Source of the DNA: a virus
Length of the DNA: 38,393 bases
Virus record (IMG/VR): IMGVR_UViG_3300037509_000021
Location: 1 to 38,393 of that record
Strand: one strand, 5' to 3'
Notes under the pieces: model-generated
Database searches by the model: none
Told to the model about the DNA's origin: nothing
The model's input: the letters and a program-made list of their open reading frames with translations, nothing else
Translations under genes and position numbers: made by a program
Shown: one piece after another, positions 8,207 through 16,803 of the stretch
Layout of the letters: each line of letters opens with the position of its first letter
Position numbering within the stretch: the stretch's first letter is position 1

Positions 8207-8237
8207 TTTTCTCCGTTATTGTCAATAGTGTGGATAA
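8199..8237 (-). promoter_or_regulatory. Candidate promoter P4 for gene 7678..8031
   Basis: Minus strand reads TTATCCACA-CTA-TTGACA-N15-TATATT. The box is an exact DnaA-box 9-mer at 8229..8237. The -10 lies 31 nt after the A of ATCC. Confidence 0.5.
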
Positions 8238-8316
8238 ACCTAGGTCGGACTCTACCATTATGTGATATGTTTTGATCATATCCCCGGCAGGGATTTTAGA
8301 GGCTTATGAATATGAA

Positions 8317-8445
8317 ATGCGGGAGAACTGTAAGTGCGACTATTGTGCGTGGGTGGGTGCGCCCTTCACGAAAGCTGAGAAAGTGAGGCTGAAGGCCGCT
8401 TGGAAGAAGTCGATGATGTATAGGACTAGGACTTATGCTGGATAA
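8317..8445 (+). CDS. Small Cys-containing protein (42 aa), hypothetical
   Basis: MRENCKCDYCAWVGAPFTKAEKVRLKAAWKKSMMYRTRTYAG. It overlaps the next gene's start by 11 nt. Confidence 0.3.
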   Translation: MRENCKCDYCAWVGAPFTKAEKVRLKAAWKKSMMYRTRTYAG

Positions 8446-8974
8446 GCAAGAATTAGCTAAAGTCCTTGACGAGTTTAAGAAGATAGAGGTAAAGAATGTC
8501 ACAGACAAGATACTGCTGGTGATCTTGGATGAGCAACGCTACTTCCTGGCTATAATTGCGAAGAGACTATGGCAATGCCTTGATATGCCGAAGGGTGTAT
8601 TCTTTCACGTTCACAAAAACGGTTCCATACCGGATATATTCGTCAGATCACTAGACGTTCTGCAAGATAAGTACATCTCCACAGGAAGAGTAAGTGACTA
8701 TGTAAACGCCAAGAAAGTACTAGCGCAGATTTGTACGTTTCAATCGTACAAATTTGTAAAGGTGTACATTGATGAACAATGGTATCGCCGCCTCTCGACT
8801 TCCCAGAAGAAAGCTGGTCTTAGACCACCATCGTACTTCTATACGAAAAAATACTACCAGAACAATCGGGAACGCATAAACGAACGGCGACGAGAGACTT
8901 ATCGGCTAGGTCTCAGTTTTGACGCAAAACGATGGGCAGAAAAGCAAATGGCTAAAGGGAAACCGTGGATGTAA
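8435..8974 (+). CDS. Hypothetical protein (179 aa), accessory island
   Basis: ATG-initiated ORF in an AT-richer segment. Basic Tyr/Arg-rich C-terminus (YFYTKKYYQNNRERINERRRETYRLG). No recognisable catalytic motif. Confidence 0.6.
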   Translation: MLDKQELAKVLDEFKKIEVKNVTDKILLVILDEQRYFLAIIAKRLWQCLDMPKGVFFHVHKNGSIPDIFVRSLDVLQDKYISTGRVSDYVNAKKVLAQICTFQSYKFVKVYIDEQWYRRLSTSQKKAGLRPPSYFYTKKYYQNNRERINERRRETYRLGLSFDAKRWAEKQMAKGKPWM

Positions 8975-9044
8975 CAATATGCCTTTAGTCATTGTCGCCG
9001 TCATTACATAGATACTGTTAGTGATATCCATGATAGTGATTACG

Positions 9045-9073
9045 ACCGCCGTGCAAGGCGGAGCGATTCTTTT
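9045..9073 (+). terminator. Candidate intrinsic terminator after 8435..8974
   Basis: CCGCC-GTGCAA-GGCGG followed by AGCGATTCTTTTG. Confidence 0.4.
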
Positions 9074-9220
9074 GTCCACACCTCACGGCTGACACGGGTG
9101 ACCACCCTGTAATACTTTGCCGAGGCCAAAGGCTCGTGCCCCACAAAGACTGATACTCGCACAAAGTACGTTCCCCTATTCATAATAGTAATACCCAATC
9201 GGTATTGGGTGCAAGTGTAG

Positions 9221-9261
9221 TTATCCCCACTTTATCCACTTGACGTTTGGCGGTGTATGCT
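9221..9261 (+). promoter_or_regulatory. Candidate promoter P5 for the tail fibre gene (two tandem boxes plus TATGCT -10)
   Basis: TTATCCCCA at 9221..9229 and TTATCCACT at 9232..9240. TATGCT at 9256..9261, with the ATG 10 nt downstream. Confidence 0.45.
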
Positions 9262-9271
9262 GTGAGCAATA

Positions 9272-12200
9272 ATGGACGATGACCGCCTGAAGGAGCTTAG
9301 CTCCCTGAGAGTTTCCCTAGACAGAGCCTTGGACGGTAAATATGTTCGTCCGGAAGAGCTAATCGAGGTAGCCGAGTCAATTGTACGGAGCGTCAAAGGG
9401 TTTGCAGACGGCCTTAGGAAAGAGGTAACGGAGACGAAAAGTCAGGTAAGTAGAGATCTGAGGGCTCTCGCAGATGAACTGGAACGTACTGGGGACAGGA
9501 TGACTGACCTACTGGAGCGTTTCTACGAGGCTGAGAATCGTCACAAGAGCCGGGAAAAGAGGCTTCGTCAAGAGTTTCTTGCGGAAACTTCGGACTATAC
9601 TGACTCCCGCTTAGAAGAGGTCGCCACTTCCCTCTCAAACGAATTAACAGGGCTCAACAACCGCCTTGCCGTCTTAGAAGATTGGGTACCTGAGTCAAAC
9701 CAACCTGAGGATATCCGGGATAAGCTGGAGTCTCTTGAAGGCGATGAGCGGCTGTCTGCCGAGGCCATTAAGGGTTTGGAGGAATATCTAAAAGCCCGTC
9801 CTGAGACGACTGTCATAGCGGCAAATAAGCCCCTTTCCGGGCTTCTGGACGTTGCTGTGGCCGGGATAACCACTAACCAGAGCATCAAGTGGAACGGCAC
9901 GGCTTGGGTGCCCTTCACGCCGGGAGGTGGCGGCGGGGGGGCCGTCGATAGCGTGAACGGCGAGACAGGAGTCGTCGTCCTCAGCGCGGCCGACGTAGGA
10001 GCGGACCCGGCCGGAAGCGCAGCGGCAGCACAGACGGCCGCTAACGCCTACACCGACGCGGAGATCGCGGCTCTCGACTTCCAGGACCCTATCACCCTCA
10101 CGACGCTCGGCAGCTCCGGCGCTGCCACGTTCGACGGCACGACTCTCAACATCCCAGAATACGCAGGAGGTGGTGATGGAGGAACCGTTGATACGGTCGT
10201 TGCAGGCACGGGCATAGACGTAGATGCTACCGACCCTGCGAACCCTGTCATCGCGCTCGACACGGCCGCCCAGGACAGCCTCGCGCTTGCGGACTCGTCG
10301 GTACAACCTGCCGACCTGACTACACTCGTCCCTTACGACGGAGCTCAAGCTGCGGTGAACCTCAACACGCAGCAGCTCCAGTTTGCTGACACGGTTGGAG
10401 ACAACGCTTCCATCGACCTCGAGAGCGGGATACTTCAGTTCACCAACACGGCAGGAGCGGGAGCCAACGGCTTCTATTTCAAGGATCAGGCGAATAACAA
10501 TACGCTCGTCCTCGGCATGGGGAACCTCACGGCGACGCAGCAACTCTTCGCCCCGGACGCCACAGGCACCATCGCGCTCACCGACGACCTTACGGGCCTT
10601 GCGACCGAGACTTACGTAGACACGGCCGTAGCCGATTACGTCCCACTTACCCAGAAAGGTGCGGCCAGCGGCGTTGCAACGCTCGACGGCTCTTCCAAGA
10701 TACCGACCAGCCAGCTTCCAGGACTCGCTCTCACTGACGTCTACACCGTCGCTTCCCAGGCAGCACAGCTCGCTCTCGCGGCTGAGGAGGGCGACATAGC
10801 CATCCGCACCGACCAGAACAAGACCTACGCCCAGAACGGCGGCGCGTCGGGAACGATGGCCGACTGGAGCGAGCTCCTTTCGCCCACTGGTAGCGTCTCA
10901 AGCGTCAACGGACAGACTGGGGCAGTTACCCTCACTACGGCCGATGTCGCGGACACTGCCAACAAGCGATACGTCACCGATGCCAACCTCACGACGATAG
11001 GCAACCAGTCAGGAACGAATACCGGCGATCAGACCAGCATTGTCGGCATAAGCAGCACAAAAGCTCAGTTCAATACGGCGGTCTCCGATGGAAACTTCCT
11101 CTATGCAGGGGATGTCACGCAGTACACGGACGAGATGGCGCAGGATGCCATCGGCAACAACCTCGGAGCCGGTCTTGCGTACAATGACACCACCGGATCT
11201 ATCAGCTCCACCATCACCCAATACACGAACAGCGATGCAGACGCTCGCATCACCAACGCCGTAGGTATCACCATCCAGGCATACGACGTCAACACCACGC
11301 TTCTCGGGAACACTACGACGGGCACGGGTTCTATCGTACGCGCTAATTCTCCTGTGCTGAGCGGCAACGTTGGTATCGCGGATGTCGCCCCTTCAGCACA
11401 GCTCTCCATCCTCTCCGACGACGGCACGATTAAGATGGGTACGGGGGTGTTCGTAGGAAAGACAGTGAACACGGATACAGGTATCGAGCTCGGTGGTACT
11501 GGGCGAAGAGTCTCAGGTATGTTTACTGAGGTAAATGGCGAGATTCTTTCCTACGCCATCAACGTCCCGCAGATCACAACGCGAGACACCTCCTTCATGG
11601 GAGGTATCTTCCGGCTCGATACCCGCGCTGGGCAGCCATACTTCAATATCATTCGTTATCCAATAGGCAGCTCAGCATTTGTACGCGATTTGGCTATTGA
11701 TGTGAACGGAAACCTGGGCCTGAACACCATCACGCCTGGTCGTAAGCTGGACGTGCTCGATGCGACGGGACCGCAGATGCGTCTGACTCACACGAACACC
11801 ACTGTTTTCACAGACTTCCAAGTAGACGCGAGCGGCAACCTCGATATCCAGCCATCGGGTACGGGTGTGCTGAAAGCAGACGGCGTGGACGTAGTGACGG
11901 TGTCAGGTGCACAGACGCTTATGGCTAAGAGCATTTCTTTAGCAGACAATGCAGTAACTACAACCGTAGCCCAGCTCAACACTGCTATTACTGACGGCAA
12001 TATCATACCCGAGGCCGGTGGCACATTCACCGGCGACATCAGCGTGCCCGACGAAGCGTACGGCTCTGGGTGGAACGGCAGTCTGGAGGTTCCGACCAAG
12101 AACGCGGTGTACGACAAGATTGAGAGCATGAGCACGCCAAGCGTCAATGCTTTGCAGGCTCTCGGGTCAAGCATTGTGGCTGAGAGCTTCGGCCTGACAC

Positions 12201-12709
12201 CGATGCAGATAAACACTTCGACAGCCTTTGCAGACGGCACACTGCGTCTCATGGCGGTTCACCTCACCACGGCAAAAACCATAACTGGCTTCCGTTGGTA
12301 TCAACAGACCGCGGGTAACTACACCGCCGACAACTACAATGGTATAGGCCTCTATACCATTTCAGGTGGCACCCTAACGCTGGTCGCGTCAACGACCGAT
12401 GACGGCAATATCTGGAAAGCGACAGGCGGCGCGTGGACAAGCAAGGCACTCTCTGCTCCTTACACGGCTGCTGCTGGGGTCTACTTCATTGGCATGCTGT
12501 ACAACAGCTCGGTGCAGACGACCGCCCCGGCTATCGGATCAGGAACAACGCTTGCCAACAGCGCGGGCATTTCAACCGTCCCGTCGGTGGATTTTGCCAA
12601 CTCAGTGAAACTGGTTGGCTCGATTGCCGGCCAAAATACACTTCCGGCGACTCAGGCCATGACTGGTGTTGGCACCAGCAACGCGCCCCTTTATGTAGCA
12701 CTCTACTAA
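9272..12709 (+). CDS. Tail fibre / receptor-binding protein
   Basis: 1145 aa. N-terminal coiled coil, a Gly run, and repeated fibre motifs (VNGETGVVVLSAADVGA, VNGQTGAVTLTTADVAD). Thr/Gly/Ala-rich beta-type sequence. Confidence 0.8.
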   Translation: MDDDRLKELSSLRVSLDRALDGKYVRPEELIEVAESIVRSVKGFADGLRKEVTETKSQVSRDLRALADELERTGDRMTDLLERFYEAENRHKSREKRLRQEFLAETSDYTDSRLEEVATSLSNELTGLNNRLAVLEDWVPESNQPEDIRDKLESLEGDERLSAEAIKGLEEYLKARPETTVIAANKPLSGLLDVAVAGITTNQSIKWNGTAWVPFTPGGGGGGAVDSVNGETGVVVLSAADVGADPAGSAAAAQTAANAYTDAEIAALDFQDPITLTTLGSSGAATFDGTTLNIPEYAGGGDGGTVDTVVAGTGIDVDATDPANPVIALDTAAQDSLALADSSVQPADLTTLVPYDGAQAAVNLNTQQLQFADTVGDNASIDLESGILQFTNTAGAGANGFYFKDQANNNTLVLGMGNLTATQQLFAPDATGTIALTDDLTGLATETYVDTAVADYVPLTQKGAASGVATLDGSSKIPTSQLPGLALTDVYTVASQAAQLALAAEEGDIAIRTDQNKTYAQNGGASGTMADWSELLSPTGSVSSVNGQTGAVTLTTADVADTANKRYVTDANLTTIGNQSGTNTGDQTSIVGISSTKAQFNTAVSDGNFLYAGDVTQYTDEMAQDAIGNNLGAGLAYNDTTGSISSTITQYTNSDADARITNAVGITIQAYDVNTTLLGNTTTGTGSIVRANSPVLSGNVGIADVAPSAQLSILSDDGTIKMGTGVFVGKTVNTDTGIELGGTGRRVSGMFTEVNGEILSYAINVPQITTRDTSFMGGIFRLDTRAGQPYFNIIRYPIGSSAFVRDLAIDVNGNLGLNTITPGRKLDVLDATGPQMRLTHTNTTVFTDFQVDASGNLDIQPSGTGVLKADGVDVVTVSGAQTLMAKSISLADNAVTTTVAQLNTAITDGNIIPEAGGTFTGDISVPDEAYGSGWNGSLEVPTKNAVYDKIESMSTPSVNALQALGSSIVAESFGLTPMQINTSTAFADGTLRLMAVHLTTAKTITGFRWYQQTAGNYTADNYNGIGLYTISGGTLTLVASTTDDGNIWKATGGAWTSKALSAPYTAAAGVYFIGMLYNSSVQTTAPAIGSGTTLANSAGISTVPSVDFANSVKLVGSIAGQNTLPATQAMTGVGTSNAPLYVALY

Positions 12710-12727
12710 TAGTAGTAGTAGCATAGT

Positions 12728-12931
12728 ATGAAGCCAATCCACTACGCATTTCTGGCACTGTTTGCGAGCTTGGTTGCCCTCCTTTGGGCATACACTACGC
12801 AGGCCTCCCTTGACTGGGTGAAGGGGAAGTATGGGGAGAAATGCTACTACAAGGGCACTGAGCACGCTAATATGAGGCATCGGATTTATTATTCTAGTTA
12901 TCAATCATGCTTGGACTCACTAGCCGACTAA
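12728..12931 (+). CDS. Small secreted/membrane protein (67 aa)
   Basis: N-terminal hydrophobic signal-like segment MKPIHYAFLALFASLVALLWAYTTQA. First gene of the lysis-region cluster. Confidence 0.5.
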   Translation: MKPIHYAFLALFASLVALLWAYTTQASLDWVKGKYGEKCYYKGTEHANMRHRIYYSSYQSCLDSLAD

Positions 12932-13350
12932 GAGACCTTTTCAGGTTCATCTTTCTCACGGCCGATTACGAGCCGTTCGAGTTCCTAGCGTCGTTCGTTC
13001 TCCTCATCTCGGGACTCGTGGTGCTGAATCCTTATACGGATATCTACACGACGAGCCACTCATACGACTACGTGAAGCTGATCACCACGGAGCCGGTACT
13101 GGGAACCCTGCTGCTTTTCGTATCATTCAATAAGTTCTTCGCTCTTCTCCACGGCAGCCTTACCTATCGCATGTACATCACCATAGCTGCGTCCTTTACG
13201 TGGGCGTTCCTCTTCGTCATCTTCCTTTCCGCAGACTTGGGAGTCTGGTTCCCCTGGATATTCGGCCTCTTCTGCCTGGTTTCTGCTGCTACGGCCGCCA
13301 GGATGCACCGTGATGTTTGCGCCAACGTACCGCCATGGACACACAAGTAG
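12907..13350 (+). CDS. Polytopic membrane protein, holin candidate
   Basis: 147 aa with about four hydrophobic helices. It lies upstream of the peptidoglycan hydrolases. Confidence 0.45.
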   Translation: MLGLTSRLRDLFRFIFLTADYEPFEFLASFVLLISGLVVLNPYTDIYTTSHSYDYVKLITTEPVLGTLLLFVSFNKFFALLHGSLTYRMYITIAASFTWAFLFVIFLSADLGVWFPWIFGLFCLVSAATAARMHRDVCANVPPWTHK

Positions 13351-13748
13351 CACTACAAATAATCGCGCTCATGGGAGGTCTCGGCACCCCCGCTTTCTTC
13401 GTCATTAAGTGGATTCTCAGTGACCGAACAGCCACTACCAACTTCGACCGTAAGACCATAGGAGAGCTCAGCAAGAGGATTAATAACCTTGAAAGGCGGT
13501 TGGATGAGCAGCGCGACTTCTATGAGAGACGGCTGCGTGAGGAGCGGGCCGAGTTCGATACCAAGGAGGCTTTGTGGGAGACCGAGAAGAAAGCGTACGC
13601 CGTTGAGATAGCGACCCTGAAGGACCGTGTGCGCGACCTCGACCACACGGTGAGGAACGTGCAGCAGGTGCAAATCAAGGGCGTGGAGGACGCGAAAAAC
13701 GAACTTCACCATGCAGTCGATGAACAAGTGGATAAACTAAAACCCTAA
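13335..13748 (+). CDS. N-terminal TM plus coiled-coil protein (i-spanin-like or holin accessory)
   Basis: ATG 13335 (the track start at 13317 is TTG). MDTQVALQIIALMGGLGTPAFFVIKWIL is followed by a long charged coiled coil. Confidence 0.4.
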   Translation: MDTQVALQIIALMGGLGTPAFFVIKWILSDRTATTNFDRKTIGELSKRINNLERRLDEQRDFYERRLREERAEFDTKEALWETEKKAYAVEIATLKDRVRDLDHTVRNVQQVQIKGVEDAKNELHHAVDEQVDKLKP

Positions 13749-13750
13749 TT

Positions 13751-14788
13751 ATGAAATGGCTCTACCTACCGTTCCCAAGGAACACGATTACTCAAGGCTT
13801 CGATAAGAATGCCAATTCCCTCTACAAGGAGGGTGGGCTCAAGGGCCACACGGCAATAGATTGGGAGACTGCGTGCGGGACACCGCTTCCTAACTGCGCC
13901 ACGGGTCTCTGTTACTCAATCAAGAACAAAGATAATTTCGACCTCTCCCGCTACCGAGCTGCTTACTTCATCGTAGAGAACGCCGACGGCGTGTTCGAGG
14001 TCTCCTACGGTCACCTGCAGGACATCTACGCGGAACCAGGGAAGACGTATGGCGTGGGTGAAATCATCGGCACGACTGGCAACACGGGTGATGTGTATAG
14101 GAATGGAATAAAGGTCACGAAGTACCGTCCAGGATGTCCTGGAGGCCATCTCCACGGCCCGCAGGTTCGCGTACTCAAGAAGACAAAGACTAAGAGTGCT
14201 ACAAAGACCTACCTCACGACCGCCAACGGCGTCTACAAGAAGGAAGGTTACTACTACGAGGTGCTCGCGGAGAAAAATGGCTATGCCGGTTGTGTGAACC
14301 CGGAGAGTTTCTTCGTGGAAACCTTGGCCAAGGACTATAAAACTACCCCTATGAAACTCGAACTGAACGCAGAGGGCCCGCATGTCAGCAGGTTTCAGAC
14401 CATTCTCAAGACGTTGGGGTACTTCCCGCAGGGACAGAAGATAACGGACTTTTACGGCCCAGTTACCGCCAAGGCCTACGAGAAATTCAAGGCCGACACG
14501 GGCTTCTTCTTATCCACAGTATCCCCCTCGACAACCGCTCCTGGTGCGCTACCCTCTGGAGGTATGAATGATGAACACCCGAAGTTCGCATTCCTCGCCT
14601 CACCCCGATTCTGGGCTATCGTGATCGGTGCAGCGGCAGGATATGCGCGCCTCAAGGGCTGGATTGGTGACGCTGAAATAACCCTCATTGGCACCATTAC
14701 GGCAGGATTCGTTACTGTCCGCACTGTAGACCGCGTAGCGGACAAGAAGGTAGAAGCAGCAGAAATCTCCAGCGGACACGGCGTATAA
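13751..14788 (+). CDS. Peptidoglycan hydrolase: M23 (LytM-type) metallopeptidase plus PG-binding domain plus C-terminal hydrophobic anchor
   Basis: HxxxD motif (GHTAIDW) and HxH motif (GGHLHGP). PG_binding_1-like segment GPHVSRFQTILKTLGYFPQGQKITDFYGPVTAKAYEKFKADTGF. C-terminal FWAIVIGAAAGYA and TLIGTITAGFVTV segments. Confidence 0.75.
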   Translation: MKWLYLPFPRNTITQGFDKNANSLYKEGGLKGHTAIDWETACGTPLPNCATGLCYSIKNKDNFDLSRYRAAYFIVENADGVFEVSYGHLQDIYAEPGKTYGVGEIIGTTGNTGDVYRNGIKVTKYRPGCPGGHLHGPQVRVLKKTKTKSATKTYLTTANGVYKKEGYYYEVLAEKNGYAGCVNPESFFVETLAKDYKTTPMKLELNAEGPHVSRFQTILKTLGYFPQGQKITDFYGPVTAKAYEKFKADTGFFLSTVSPSTTAPGALPSGGMNDEHPKFAFLASPRFWAIVIGAAAGYARLKGWIGDAEITLIGTITAGFVTVRTVDRVADKKVEAAEISSGHGV

Positions 14789-15033
14789 GTACAGTAAAGC
14801 TTATCCTGTTCGCAGTCGCCTTACTACTCATTCCGAGCACAGCGACCGCGGAGCCAGAAGGAGCTGAACCACCCTTATGGGCCTACGCTCTCGTAGACAG
14901 AAGTCCCCTCGACACCCCAGAGCCTCTCAAAGCCCGTGTACGCCTCCCTGAGCGCGTCCAGGTCTCTGAAGTACCAAGGGCGCCGTCCAAGCCCACAGGC
15001 TCCGTACAGGGGCAGATAGAGGCTACGTTCGGT

Positions 15034-15261
15034 ATGGGGCACATCATGGTACGCGTCGCCCGGGCCGAATCCAGGTTCGTACCTACGGCCAAGAACCCGC
15101 ACTCTACCGCTACAGGCGTATTCCAAATCCTCATCGGGACCTGGAACCACTACAAGTGCACGGGTTCACGGACGAACGCCGCAGACAATATCAGGTGCGC
15201 GAAGAAGATATACGACCGCGAGGGTGTTAAACCGTGGGTATCAAGTAAATCTATGTGGTAA
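15034..15261 (+). CDS. Lytic transglycosylase (SLT) domain protein; true N-terminus probably upstream of this first ATG
   Basis: ARAESRFVPTAKNPHSTATGVFQILIGTW is the SLT catalytic motif. The same frame is open back to 14740 and encodes KLILFAVALLLIPSTATA-EPEG (signal-peptide-like) with no ATG, GTG or TTG. Confidence 0.65.
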   Translation: MGHIMVRVARAESRFVPTAKNPHSTATGVFQILIGTWNHYKCTGSRTNAADNIRCAKKIYDREGVKPWVSSKSMW

Positions 15262-15268
15262 AAGCAGA

Positions 15269-15296
15269 CGCCGCCCTATGTTTCGGGCGGCGATTC
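15269..15296 (+). terminator. Candidate terminator at the end of the late arm
   Basis: CGCCGCCC-TATGTTTC-GGGCGGCG, an 8-bp GC stem with a weak T tract. Confidence 0.4.
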
Positions 15297-15462
15297 CGTG
15301 CGTAAGGGTATGGGGAATGTGTCGTTGGCGTTCGTACGCGCGTTGGGCAGTCATTCACGGTTATCTGGGACGGTGCACGGAACAGTTCGTCTGCCTGGTA
15401 ATTATGAACAGGGCGCGGTACCCCCGTCAATGGGTACAATGGGAGCGGAAGGAGAAGTACCT

Positions 15463-15603
15463 ATGCTTAGACGTTGCACCCGCTGCGGTTCCCCTACTCA
15501 CGACATGGAGTGTTTCTGTGGCGGGAAGACCGTGCCCGCGGCTCCAATTCAGACAAGGGACCGTAAAAATCCCTTTCGACGAACCGAAATGCGTGATCCG
15601 TGA
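15463..15603 (+). CDS. Small zinc-ribbon protein (46 aa)
   Basis: One of the few strong SD sites in the genome (GGAAGGAGAAGTACCTATG). MLRRCTRCGSPTHDMECFCGG has a CxxC...CxC pattern. Confidence 0.5.
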   Translation: MLRRCTRCGSPTHDMECFCGGKTVPAAPIQTRDRKNPFRRTEMRDP

Positions 15604-15678
15604 CGCACGGCACAGCAGGACAATCTGCAACTAACCCGGAAGGGTAACGAAGGGGCGACTCACAAAGCCGCCTCTTCT

Positions 15679-15855
15679 CTATTTCACCGAGAGGGTTCCG
15701 TCTCTCCTGCCGCCGCATTTATTACAGTAGACCCAGAAGACCTGGGTCATGTAGTTAATCCAAGCCATTCGTTTTCTGGTCTTCCCGTACCATATCTGCT
15801 TGAGATACAGACATCTGCAGAAAGCAAGGTTCTTCTCTAATATTTCGGTCTCCAT
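15679..15855 (-). CDS. Small zinc-ribbon protein (58 aa), last gene of the leftward early operon
   Basis: METEILEKNLAFCRCLYLKQIWYGKTRKRMAWINYMTQVFWVYCNKCGGRRDGTLSVK. CxC...CxxC pattern. Confidence 0.45.
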   Translation of the reverse strand: METEILEKNLAFCRCLYLKQIWYGKTRKRMAWINYMTQVFWVYCNKCGGRRDGTLSVK

Positions 15856-15862
15856 ATCTTTT

Positions 15863-16078
15863 CTAGTTAGAGGTTTCTTTTGGAAACTTGTAGCTGATTT
15901 TCACTTGAACGACCTTGTGGAGCGAGAGCGCCGTATGATTCCCCATCTCTAGGTACTTTCGTCGTTGCACCTCAAGGTATTCCTCAGCACTTTTCTCGTC
16001 GGGCCACGTTTGGGGCGACCAAATATCACCGTATGCGTTCAATATCCCATACGCCCTTCGGCTGGTAGATTTTTTCAT
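15863..16078 (-). CDS. Hypothetical early protein (71 aa)
   Basis: ATG ORF in the co-directional early operon. Confidence 0.55.
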   Translation of the reverse strand: MKKSTSRRAYGILNAYGDIWSPQTWPDEKSAEEYLEVQRRKYLEMGNHTALSLHKVVQVKISYKFPKETSN

Positions 16079-16099
16079 AAGTCTTTTTCTTCTTTCTTT

Positions 16100-16240
16100 T
16101 TAGTTAGTAAGCGTGATGTCGAACTTCTTGATGATCCATACGAGGACAAGAGAATAGGCACTCACGAACATACTTGGGTGCGGGTTCCCCAGGAGATAAA
16201 CCAAGTTCTTCGTCCCTAGTCTCCCGATTAGTCTTCTCAT
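16100..16240 (-). CDS. Small hydrophobic protein (46 aa)
   Basis: ATGA start/stop overlap with the upstream gene. Hydrophobic core FVSAYSLVLVWII. Confidence 0.35.
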   Translation of the reverse strand: MRRLIGRLGTKNLVYLLGNPHPSMFVSAYSLVLVWIIKKFDITLTN

Positions 16241-16506
16241 ATAAGTGGTAGGTTACGGGCTTCCTCGAAAACTCTGCTGTAACTGTCTATGCTGTAACCT
16301 TTGTCGCCCAACTCTGGCCCCCATGCCTTTGTGAGCTCGTGTTTCTTTATGAAGTCTACTGCCCTCTCAGCACCCCTCTTCTCAGCTTTTTGTAGCTGCG
16401 TGCGGATGAAGTCTATGATGGCTTGCCTGACGCCAGCATTGAAACCGGTATTGGCGAACTGATCTCGGAACTTCCTCTCCCACTCAGGTATTTCTTTGTT
16501 AATCAT
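16237..16506 (-). CDS. Hypothetical early protein (89 aa)
   Basis: ATG ORF with a 4-nt overlap with its neighbours. Confidence 0.6.
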   Translation of the reverse strand: MINKEIPEWERKFRDQFANTGFNAGVRQAIIDFIRTQLQKAEKRGAERAVDFIKKHELTKAWGPELGDKGYSIDSYSRVFEEARNLPLI

Positions 16507-16703
16507 CGTTGTTTCCGTTTAGGACTTGAAAAGTCGTATCCGATTTCCATCGCGTGGTCCGGGCATACATTGACTTCAACCCAGCGAACCGCGTCGTAGA
16601 GTTCGCTATCTCCGTGATAGTGATGTCGAATAGCCGAACGTTTGCGGCACCGGTTTCCGTTTCGATCTAACGCGCCGCACTGAGGGAATATATTCTTGTT
16701 CAT
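16503..16703 (-). CDS. Small Cys/His-rich (zinc-binding-like) protein (66 aa)
   Basis: Start at MNKNIF (the track GTG start at 16790 is an alternative). CGALDRNGNRCRKRSAIRHHYH...CPDH. Confidence 0.5.
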   Translation of the reverse strand: MNKNIFPQCGALDRNGNRCRKRSAIRHHYHGDSELYDAVRWVEVNVCPDHAMEIGYDFSSPKRKQR

Positions 16704-16803
16704 AGGCACATGCCGAATACTTTGCAATAGAACATCATTGCTACACCAAGACACAACGTTGAGACACCTAGATAGAGGCCCAGGAACCACCGATCATAGC
16801 TGT

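Noticed and set aside
9788-10543. Long antisense ORFs opposite well-supported genes, for example 9788..10543(-), 34258..34977(-), 27630..28193(-), 21228..21794(-), 31091..31603(-), 38005..38376(-) and 3888..4458(-)
   Set aside because: These are shadow ORFs typical of GC-rich coding DNA. They are Arg/Pro/Ser-rich, lack start context and overlap genes with clear motifs on the other strand.
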